Below are positions 53,374 through 64,000 of a DNA stretch of 64,000 nt, piece after piece. This DNA comes from Eledone cirrhosa (lineage: Eukaryota). The number at the start of each line of letters is the position of its first letter. Position 1 is the first letter of the stretch. The stretch covers positions 2,790,001-2,854,000 of the forward strand of contig OZ024740.1 of NCBI GenBank assembly GCA_964016885.1. Direction: 5' to 3'. The notes beneath the pieces are model-generated. The model had not been told where the DNA came from and made no database searches. It worked only from the letters and a program-made list of their open reading frames with translations. Both the position numbers and the translations under genes were made by a program.

Positions 53374-54852
53374 TTATATATAGGGTTTAAAGTTTTGGAA
53401 CGAGTGTCGGAAGCGGTGTTGGCAATTTGCGAACACTTCTGATTTTTTATTAAGGAGATTATGTTTAGAGAAGATGATAGTATGGGTCTCTAGTAGACAG
53501 AGGTTACAAAATTTATCAGGTGGTTTGTACGATGTTGCACTACCTACCACTTCCCATTTAAGTGTATATATTTTATTTTTAGTTTTTAGATAGTGTATGT
53601 AGCTAGATAGTGAAGTGGAGTTGGCTAGACTGTGTTTTTTGAAAGAGTGGAGGTGCGAATTGTATCTAGTTTTGAAGCAGTTAGAAGTGGAGCCTATGTA
53701 GGTTTCAGAAGAGCTGTTAGTTGTGACTGTACATGAGTATATGATATCCTTGGTTAAGCATTTTTTATCTAAAGGGCAGGTTCTACTTGATCTACAGTTA
53801 CAATTACTCTGGGTGCTAGTCTGCCGGTTACTATGCTGTGTAGAGGTTTGGAGGTTAGCTATAGGGTTATGGTTATGCGGGTTGTGGTACGCAGCGTTAA
53901 TGTTTACACTAGTGCTATTACTACTATTTCCATTGATATTACGGTTATTTGTTATAATGTTACTTTGACTGTTATTTTGAATGTTATTTTGAAGGTTTAT
54001 CGACCGTTGTGATTTAGTTTGTTGGAAGTAAGAATTAATTTTTCTTTTATTTGTACTAGCTATGTGGTATGCTAAGTTAGGCGTAGTAGAGTATGAGATC
54101 TTAATAGTGTTTTTGTTTAAAAGGCCGTGGTACCTGTGGCCGGATGGGAAGTGTTTATCTAGTAGTGAGAAGAAAGCCCTAGGAAGGTTGGTAGAGACGT
54201 TTAAATTGAAAGGAGGGTTGAAAAATGTATTATTTCTTCTTCTATTTCTGTTTTTTATGTCTGGTGATTTGTTTCCTTTAATGTTCCTATGGTCATTTCT
54301 GTGGTGCGGGTTACTCTTGTTGTTACAATCCCTATTAGTGTGTGTGCAGTTGCTATTCTTATTACTAAATTTTCCCATGGACATGTTGTGTGAAATGATG
54401 TTGTAGCTATGTGTTTTTGTAGGTAGGAACTCTATCCCTGTATTATGGCCTGATCTAGCTAATGCCTGATTATAATACTGCGAGTTATTGTTAAATGTGT
54501 TTATGTCATAGGATAGATTAGAGATTCTATTAGATACTCCCTTAGAGATAGAGTTCAATATAGATTTAGGGTGGTTAGACTTGGTATCTACGTAGATGAG
54601 TTTTTCATTAGGTTTGTGGAAAGGTGCATATATCATTGAGTCTAAGTAGAGTGTGGCGTCTAGGAAGTTGACGTTTTTGTCCATGGTAATACTAAGGTTA
54701 AAGTTTTTGAATGTTTTGTGCAATAGTTTTCTAGTCCTTTCTATATTGAATTTTTTATAGTCTATAAGTAGAAGTGCATCGTCGCGATACAAACCACCGC
54801 TGAGGTACGGAAGTTCCCTGTGGATTAGGTTAAGTAAGTATAGGCCAACCAA
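53374..54852 (-). CDS. Penelope-like RT C-terminal half + GIY-YIG endonuclease (N-truncated, open 492 codons)
   Basis: GLYRDD, VNFLD, CNCR..CPL..CL..IIY..YIGST..FKTRY..H, CNLCLLE, LLNKKSE. Confidence 0.9.
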   Translation of the reverse strand: MVGLYLLNLIHRELPYLSGGLYRDDALLLIDYKKFNIERTRKLLHKTFKNFNLSITMDKNVNFLDATLYLDSMIYAPFHKPNEKLIYVDTKSNHPKSILNSISKGVSNRISNLSYDINTFNNNSQYYNQALARSGHNTGIEFLPTKTHSYNIISHNMSMGKFSNKNSNCTHTNRDCNNKSNPHHRNDHRNIKGNKSPDIKNRNRRRNNTFFNPPFNLNVSTNLPRAFFSLLDKHFPSGHRYHGLLNKNTIKISYSTTPNLAYHIASTNKRKINSYFQQTKSQRSINLQNNIQNNSQSNIITNNRNINGNSSNSTSVNINAAYHNPHNHNPIANLQTSTQHSNRQTSTQSNCNCRSSRTCPLDKKCLTKDIIYSCTVTTNSSSETYIGSTSNCFKTRYNSHLHSFKKHSLANSTSLSSYIHYLKTKNKIYTLKWEVVGSATSYKPPDKFCNLCLLETHTIIFSKHNLLNKKSEVFANCQHRFRHSFQNFKPYI

Positions 54853-55553
54853 ATCAGTGACCTGCGCCTGACCTCCCCTTAATCATTCAGGCACTTCCGA
54901 AATTTGGACAGCATGATATATTAATTAAGAACCGACTGGATACGGTTTATAGCTTGACTATATGCTGAACCACTGCGAATTATACGATAGACGCGTGTTC
55001 TCTATATATATATTGCGTCTCATGGATTATGTGAGTGGTGGTGTGAGCAAGGACAGTGGTACGACCTTGCCTACGATACAATAAGGTTTATAGTATGTTG
55101 AAGGTTTTTGATATTTGGTGTTTCCCCGCATCCGAGACTGTATATCATACAGATGTATGAGAATAAATGACTTCATAATTCAGCCTATATAATAAGATCG
55201 ATTGCCTGCTTCAACTGCCTGACCCTGCAAATATCATTCTGACGCACTCTAATCATGTATAGATAAGACAAGCGTGCATGCTACACGGGAGATTGCTTCA
55301 TGCACTGACTACTCTAAGCTTTCCTCTTGCTTTATCTTCATAGACTGCCAACGCTTCATGTTTATCTTTATTTTCACTCTTATTTTCACTCTTGCTCTTA
55401 TTTTATTTTATTTTTATTTTTATCATATAACACTTTATATGTAAATTGCCATGCTATTTCATTTGATGAATGTCACCCCACTGTTGATCAATATGCGCAT
55501 ATGTTTTATGTGTCTCTTGGGTTGAAAAGGAGGTCAAGTATGTTATAATTAGC

Positions 55554-55600
55554 TGCTCCGAAGAATCCAAACCTCGGTTTGGAGGAAACAATTGTAAGCA
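55554..55600 (+). ncRNA. Hammerhead ribozyme motif in the inverted pLTR (CCGAAGA variant)
   Basis: TGCT-CCGAAGA-A-TCCAAACC tc GGTTTGGA-G-GAAA-CAATTG-TA-AGCA; palindromic stem III, GUA triplet. Confidence 0.75.
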
Positions 55601-55831
55601 AATAAATGACTTAAACTGAACTTTGATTACTGTAATCTCTATATAACTGCTCTGTATAACAACTGATGTTATTACATTGAGCTATTTATCTTACTGGTAA
55701 TAGGATAATAATTAAAGACTCTCTCACTATTTAGGGTTTGTGTATATATAATATATTACCATCAAAGGTTTTATTGCATACATAACCATAAATAGTACCC
55801 TTAATACTAATATATATATATATATATATAT

Positions 55832-56489
55832 ATAATTGAATAAACAAGAGAGATGAACACTAATATAAACATACATGTGTTCGAATCGTAAGGACCAATT
55901 ATTCAATTATATTGTACGGCTCGGAAAAGCGTTTTTCTTAGTGCTATTAATTGTAAGAGACTACTCTGAGTTCTTAACTCAATATATATTTGTCGGCTCC
56001 ATCATGTAGAGCTAATTTTCATGTCCTGTCAGCCAGGCTGCTATTTTTAGCGGCAGGGAATTTCGAGACATGCTGGGTTCCGAATGACACGTCCGATAAT
56101 TCATATCGCACACAATTCATTCTCTAATATTTTTAGAAGTGAAAGGATCACTAATTTCTCAACAACTACTGAGCAGCAGAGAAGAGTGTGAACTTCACTT
56201 AATAAGATTTTGCGGAACAGTCTCCTACACTGTCTAGTTGTTTCCAGGCGTTTTGCCCAATATAGGTCTGTTATTTTTCTTTATTTTTCTTAATTTAATA
56301 TTTAAAGTTAAGTATAACAAACCATATTGCTGTAGTTTTTTCACCCTAGCAAATTTGGTCCTTACGATTCGAACTCATGTATGTTTATATTAGTGTTCAT
56401 CTCTTTTGTTTATTCAATTATATTGTACGGCTCGGAAAAGCGTTTTTCTTAGAGCTATTTAATTGTAAGAGACTACTCTGAGTTCTTAA

Positions 56490-56492
<3 letters not shown>
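55832..56492. repeat. Element with both inverted (~65 bp) and direct (~85 bp) terminal repeats, likely a Penelope-type remnant
   Basis: 55832-55898 is the reverse complement of ~56355-56421; 55899-55980 is repeated at ~56410-56492. Confidence 0.65.
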
Positions 56493-56524
<32 letters not shown>

Positions 56525-56528
56525 TCTC

Positions 56529-56575
<47 letters not shown>

Positions 56576-56772
56576 CTATATATATATATATATCTATATA
56601 TATATATATATCTATATATATATATATATCTATATATATATATATATCTAAATATATATATATATCTATATATATATATATATCTAAATATATATATATA
56701 TCTATATATATATATATATCTATATATATATATATATCTATATATATATATATATCTATATATATATATATA

Positions 56773-56819
<47 letters not shown>

Positions 56820-58492
56820 ATATATATATATATATATATCTATATATATATCTATATATATATCTATATATATATATATATATCTATATATATATATATC
56901 TATATATATATATATCTATATATATATATATCTATATATATATATATCTATATATATATATATCTATATATATATATATCTATATATATATATATCTATA
57001 TATATATATATCTATATATATATATATCTATATATATATATATCTATATATATATATATCTATATATATATATATCTATATATCTATATATCTATATATA
57101 TATATATATATATATCTATATATATATATATCTATATATATCTATATATATATATCTATATATCTATATATATATATATCTATATATATATATATCTATA
57201 TATATCTATATATATCTCTATATATATATATATATCTCTATATATATCTATATATCTCTCTATATATATATATATATCTCTATATATATATATATCTCTA
57301 TATATATATATATATCTCTATATATATCTCTATATCTCTATATATATATATATATATCTATATATATATATATATATCTATATATATATATATATCTCTA
57401 TATATATATATATATATATCTATGTATATATATATATATCTCTATATATATATATATATATCTATATATATATATCTATATATATATATATCTATATATA
57501 TATATATCTATATATATATATATATCTATATATCTATATATATATCTATATATATATATATATATCTATATATATATATATATATCTATATATATCTATA
57601 TATATCTATATATATATATCTATATATATCTATATATATATATCTATATATATATATCTATATATATATATATATATCTATATATATATATATCTATATA
57701 TATATATATATATATATCTATATATATCTATATATATATATATATATCTATATATATATATATATATCTATATATATATATATATATCTATATATATATA
57801 TATATATCTATATATATCTATATATATCTATATATATCTATATATATCTATCTATATATATATATATATATCTATATATATATATCTATATATATATATC
57901 TATATATATATATATCTATATATCTATATATCTATATATATATATCTATATATCTATATATCTATATATATATATCTATATATCTATATATCTATATATA
58001 TATATCTATATATCTATATATCTATATATATATATCTATATATATATATCTATATATATATATATCTATATATATATATATCTATATATATATATATCTA
58101 TATATATATATATCTATATATATATATATCTATATATATATATATCTATATATATATATATCTATATATATATATCTATATATATATATCTATATATATA
58201 TCTATATATCTATATATATATATCTATATATATATATCTATATATATATATCTATATATATATATCTATATATATATATCTATATATATATATCTATATA
58301 TCTATATATATATATCTATATATCTATATATATATATCTATATATATATATCTATATATATATATATATCTATATATATATCTATATATCTATCTATATA
58401 TATATATATATATATATCTATATATATATATATCTATATATATATATATATATATATATCTATATCTATCTATCTATCTATCTATCTATATA

Positions 58493-58527
<35 letters not shown>

Positions 58528-59121
58528 ACCGATCCGGTTGACCACCGAGTCTATTGTAATGATCAAGCCGCCTCCCCCCTTCAAAGATGAAGCAGAGGCG
58601 GTGTTTCTGTGCGTAATAGCCATGGCGAAAGAGGTTGTATGGTGGACGCGTCTGAAAGGACTGAGGTCGGGCACCTTTCTCTCTGGCCAACAACTGGTCC
58701 GTTTCTTCCGATATCATTTCGGAAGAAGGATCAGGATGGAGAGAGAGGTGCTGCACCCCAGCCGTTTCTATGAAAGATGGGTGAAAGTGGCGAGAATGGC
58801 CCGTGTGAATGGGCCTTCACTCTACATCAGACTATAGGTGAGGAAGATGAAAGACCAAGGGAGCACCCCTTCTCTGTGCTCCTGAGGAGAAGGGTTGCAC
58901 ACTTTTTTCGGGGGTGTGTGCGACCCCCCAAGGCGCCTCCTCTCTATTGAGGATTTTGTTAAAAATTTTATTTTTTGTTATATCTTATTTTATTTTTATA
59001 TTTTGTTATTGCCTCCTCCTTATTGAGGACGCCTTTTTGTGTAAACTCCCCCCTTTGTACTTGTCCCACTTTTGATGCCCTAGTGGCAAATAAAAGAAAT
59101 ATATCTATCTATATATATCTA

Positions 59122-59152
<31 letters not shown>

Positions 59153-59213
59153 ATATATATATATCTATCTATCTATCTATCTATATATATCTATATATAT
59201 ATATATCTATATA

Positions 59214-59288
<75 letters not shown>

Positions 59289-59699
59289 ATATATATATAT
59301 ATATCTATATATATATATATATCTATATATATATATATATCTATATATATCTATATATCTATATATATCTATATATCTATATATATCTATATATATATAT
59401 ATATCTATATATATATATATATCTATATATATATATATATCTATATATATATATATATCTATATATATATATATATCTATATATATATATATATCTATAT
59501 ATATATATATATCTATATATATATATATATCTATATATATATATATATATCTATATATATATATATATCTATATATATATATATATATCTATATATATAT
59601 ATATATATATCTATATATATATATATCTATATATATATATATCTATATATATATATATATATATCTATATATATATATATATCTATATATATATATATA

Positions 59700-59734
<35 letters not shown>

Positions 59735-59747
59735 ATATATCTATATA

Positions 59748-59782
<35 letters not shown>

Positions 59783-60070
59783 ATATATCTATATATCTAT
59801 ATATCTATATATATATATCTATATATCTATATATCTATATATCTATATATCTATATATATATATATATCTATATATATATATCTCTCTCTATATATATAT
59901 ATATCTATATCTCTATATATATCTATATATCTATATCTCTATATATATCTATATATATCTCTCTATATATATATATATATCTCTATATATATATATATAT
60001 ATCTATATATATATCTATATATATATATCTATATATATCTATATATATATCTATATATATATCTATATAT
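56490..60070. repeat. Very long compound (TC)n/(TA)n-TC microsatellite, interrupted at 58529-59100; another tract at 62145-62404
   Basis: Seen directly. Confidence 0.97.
58529..59100 (+). mobile_element. 5'-truncated L1/Tx1-like LINE 3' end inserted in (TA/TATC)n
   Basis: [48 protein letters not shown] (stop ends 58837), T-rich UTR, AATAAA at the end. Confidence 0.75.
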
Positions 60071-62144
60071 AACTTTGAACTTTGAACTTTGAAATGTTTT
60101 GGCCAGTATTGGCCCAGGCCATGTCTAACTTAATAGCACCACCTGGCGAAGTCTTTCAATTCAGGATTTGGGCACCATGGCCCATTCGAGAAGAGAATTA
60201 CTGTTTGCGGAGACATATCCGGGTGTGGGTGGTTTGTCCGGGATTACTTGGAGGAATTTGTCCAAAGACTTCTTGAATTTTGTGTGGTCAGTTTCTGTTT
60301 TGACGTGTCCTGGTGTGATGTTGAAGAGAGCAGGGCCGATTGAGGTGAAATAATTGTGCCGTATTGTTGTTATGAGTTGCGATTTAGATTTTTGAATGGG
60401 ACGGATAGCACGGGGCCCAAGCCTTGGGTGTATCTTGAAGGCGATGCCAACATCATTTGGGCAGTGATGATGGAACATTTTCCACATCATGCAGATAATA
60501 TAACGCTCACGGCGACGTTGGAGTGAGTAAAGTTTCAGGTTTTCCAATCGACCCCAGTAGTCAAGGTCTGACATGCCATCTATCTTTTTCGTGATTGCCC
60601 TTTGAGGAGCTTCAAGTTTCATGATACTTTGTTTCGTGTGGGGAGACCACAGTGGACAACAGTATTCAAGGTGTGGTCGGGCGAAAGTAGAGAAGAGAAG
60701 GATAATGGTGCGGGAATCTCTCGACTGGAAGGTTAGGATCCAGGAACACATTCTGCGGGCCATGTCAACTTTGCTGCTTATATGCGTGGTCCAGCTTATG
60801 TTGCTGTCCACGGTTACTCCCAAGTCTCTGATGTTGTTAGATGCCACGAGAGTTTCCCCGGAGGGAAGGGAGTACGGGAGTTTCAGCGCATCCTCTTTTC
60901 CAAAGTGGATCAGTTCGAATTTGTCTTCGTTCAGTAACATGTTGTTCTTTTCTGCCCATTGGGTAACAGCCAGTAGGTCTGACTGAAGGCTTATCCGGTC
61001 ATCCACGCCATTGATGACCTTTTGGAGCTTGGAATCATCAGCGAAAATTTTAATGTTGCTGTGTTTGATGATGTCAGTGATGTCATTAATATAGATGATG
61101 AAGAGAAGTGGGCCCAACACAGTGCCTTGTGGGACTCCACTACTGACTTTGGCTGGGCTTGATTTGACTCCCTCAACTACAACATGTTGGGTTCTGTTTG
61201 ACAGGAAGCTCTTGATCCACTGCAGCAGCTTTCCAGTGACACCAATATTGGACAGCTTTCTCAGTAGAATGTTATGATCAACCCTGTCAAAGGCCTTGCT
61301 GAAATCAAGGTAGATAACATCAGTGTTGGAACCCTCTCCCAAGGCTCTCAAAATGTCATCAAAGTGATGCAGTAGTTGCGTCAGGCAATCCCTTCCATTA
61401 CGGAATCCATGCTGGTTGGAGTTCAGCATATTGTTACTCTCAAGGAAGTGGGTCATTCGCGATCTCACCACTCGCTCAAATACCTTAATGATATGAGAGG
61501 TGAGTGAGATTGGACGGTAATTCACGGCAAGGGATTTGTTTCCCTTTTTGAAAACTGGGACAACAGACTGGGATAGAAGGTTTTCTGGCACATATCCAGC
61601 ATCCAGTGAGTTCCGCCACAGATTGGCAAGAGGAGAAGCAAGTTGGTGTTGACACGCCTTCAAGACACAAGCAGGGAACCTATCGGGACCTACTGCTGAA
61701 TTATGCTTGATTTCCTTTATTGCCGCCAAGACATCAGGGGCGCCAAACGTTATGTCCGATAAGGTGTAATGGGGAGTAACATCGCCGATACAGCCCAGAT
61801 CGGCCATATCAGGATTGCTGAAAACAGAGCAGTATTGTTTCTGCAGTATCTCACCCATGGTTTTAGCATTGTCTTGAAGAGTGCCATTTTCATCAATTAG
61901 AGGGCCAACAGTAGAGCCAGTGATTTTGTGTTTTTTTGCAAATGAAAAGAACACTTTGGGATTGAGTTTGATCTTCTCAATGGCCCAGGCCTCTTCAGCT
62001 CTTCTCTGATTGTTGATGAGGGACATTATGTTGTTTTGGAGGTTATGTTTTTTAATCTCTAGTGATGAAATGGCAGTCAAGTTGATGTGTTGCTGCTGAC
62101 AGTATTTCAGCTTGTTGATTTTTTTGTTCGTTCTCTTAATTTTT
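60071..62144 (-). mobile_element. 5'-truncated CR1-clade LINE copy 1 (ORF2 RT open 62080..60161)
   Basis: NYRPISLTS, QHGFR, YLDFSKAFD, SGVPQGTVLGP, IFADD, RPHLEY, LYSLQRRRER; (CAAAGTT)3 tail; flanked by TA repeats. Confidence 0.92.
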
Positions 62145-62404
62145 ATATATCTATATATATATCTATATATATATCTATATATATATCTATATATATATCT
62201 ATATATATATATCTATATATATATATATATATATATCTATATATCTATATATATCTATATATCTATCTATATATATATATATCTATATATATCTATATAT
62301 ATATATCTATATATATATATCTATATATATATATCTATATATATATATCTATATATATATATCTATATATATATATATATCTATATATATATATCTATAT
62401 ATAT

Positions 62405-64000
62405 AACTTTGAAATGTTTTGGCCAGTATTGGCCCAGGCCATGTCTAACTTAATAGCACCACCTGGCGAAGTCTTTCAATTCAGGATTTGGGCACCATGG
62501 CCCATTCGAGAAGAGAATTACTGTTTGCGGAGACATATCCGGGTGTGGGTGGTTTGTCCGGGATTACTTGGAGGAATTTGTCCAAAGACTTCTTGAATTT
62601 TGTGTGGTCAGTTTCTGTTTTGACGTGTCCTGGTGTGATGTTGAAGAGAGCAGGGCCGATTGAGGTGAAATAATTGTGCCGTATTGTTGTTATGAGTTGC
62701 GATTTAGATTTTTGAATGGGACGGATAGCACGGGGCCCAAGCCTTGGGTGTATCTTGAAGGCGATGCCAACATCATTTGGGCAGTGATGATGGAACATTT
62801 TCCACATCATGCAGATAATATAACGCTCACGGCGACGTTGGAGTGAGTAAAGTTTCAGGTTTTCCAATCGACCCCAGTAGTCAAGGTCTGACATGCCATC
62901 TATCTTTTTCGTGATTGCCCTTTGAGGAGCTTCAAGTTTCATGATACTTTGTTTCGTGTGGGGAGACCACAGTGGACAACAGTATTCAAGGTGTGGTCGG
63001 GCGAAAGTAGAGAAGAGAAGGATAATGGTGCGGGAATCTCTCGACTGGAAGGTTCTGAGGATCCAGGAACACATTCTGCGGGCCATGTCAACTTTGCTGC
63101 TTATATGCGTGGTCCAGCTTATGTTGCTGTCCACGGTTACTCCCAAGTCTCTGATGTTGTTAGATGCCATGAGAGTTTCCCCGGAGGGAAGGGAGTACGG
63201 GAGTTTCAGAGCATCCTCTTTTCCAAAGTGGATCAGTTCGAATTTGTCTTCGTTCAGTAACATGTTGTTCTTTTCTGCCCATTGGGTAACAGCCAGTAGG
63301 TCTGACTGAAGGCTTATCCGGTCATCCACGCCATTGATGACCTTTTGGAGCTTGGAATCATCAGCGAAAATTTTAATGTTGCTGTGTTTGATGATGTCAG
63401 TGATGTCATTAATATAGATGATGAAGAGAAGTGGGCCCAACACAGTGCCTTGTGGGACTCCACTACTGACTTTGGCTGGGCTTGATTTGACTCCCTCAAC
63501 TACAACATGTTGGGTTCTGTTTGACAGGAAGCTCTTGATCCACTGCAGCAGCTTTCCAGTGACACCAATATTGGACAGCTTTCTCAGTAGAATGTTATGA
63601 TCAACCCTGTCAAAGGCCTTGCTGAAATCAAGGTAGATAACATCAGTGTTGGAACCCTCTCCCAAGGCTCTCAAAATGTCATCAAAGTGATGCAGTAGTT
63701 GCGTCAGGCAATCCCTTCCATTACGGAATCCATGCTGGTTGGAGTTCAGCATATTGTTACTCTCAAGGAAGTGGGTCATTCGCGATCTCACCACTCGCTC
63801 AAATACCTTAATGATATGAGAGGTGAGTGAGATTGGACGGTAATTCACGGCAAGGGATTTGTTTCCCTTTTTGAAAACTGGGACAACAGACTGGGATAGA
63901 AGGTTTTCTGGCACATATCCAGCATCCAGTGAGTTCCGCCACAGATTGGCAAGAGGAGAAGCAAGTTGGTGTTGACACGCCTTCAAGACACAAGCAGGGA
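62405..64000 (-). mobile_element. CR1-clade LINE copy 2, near-identical to copy 1, runs off the window
   Basis: Same ORF with only a few differences (e.g. ILRT vs ILT). Confidence 0.92.

Larger units (their letters stand above)
51750..55640 (-). mobile_element. Penelope-like element (probably Naiad-type), 5'-truncated, with inverted pLTR
   Basis: ~755-bp inverted repeats 51750-52505 and 54874-55640 enclose a ~1.6-kb 3' region and an RT/GIY-YIG ORF. Confidence 0.9.

Noticed and set aside
57422-60072. 471-aa and 365-aa Ile/Tyr ORFs
   Set aside because: Translation of stop-free (TA)n; only the last ~100 aa of the first ORF is real LINE sequence.

Overview
Repeat-dominated animal genomic DNA. 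The SINE, RTE and microsatellite repertoire suggests a coleoid cephalopod such as Octopus (inference). (1) 1146-24210 is an (AAT)n microsatellite expanded into a head-to-tail array of nine R4/Dong-type non-LTR retrotransposon copies (RT + CCHC + restriction-like endonuclease). They come from two divergent families, A and B, in the order A-B-a-a-a-B-A-b-a (lower case = 5'-truncated). The families share a ~600-bp 5' leader. Opposite-strand L1/Tx1-like ends in the same microsatellite bracket the array. (2) 24.6-38 kb holds decayed CRE-like LINE ends, a degraded autonomous Helitron, Gypsy fragments and SINEs. It also holds an ORF-less RTE-5'UTR-like element whose predicted pseudoknot covaries with the one upstream of the family-B start codon. 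(3) 38-44 kb has minisatellites and the last coding exon of an Epac/RAPGEF4-like host gene (minus strand, 44345-44417), which the ORF track misses. (4) 44.4-64 kb, presumably that gene's intron, is a (TA)n-rich sink with non-autonomous Helitrons, fold-back elements, an RTE with a PHD finger, a Penelope-like element with an inverted pLTR and CCGANGA-variant hammerheads, and two near-identical CR1 copies. All calls are by eye and boundaries are approximate.
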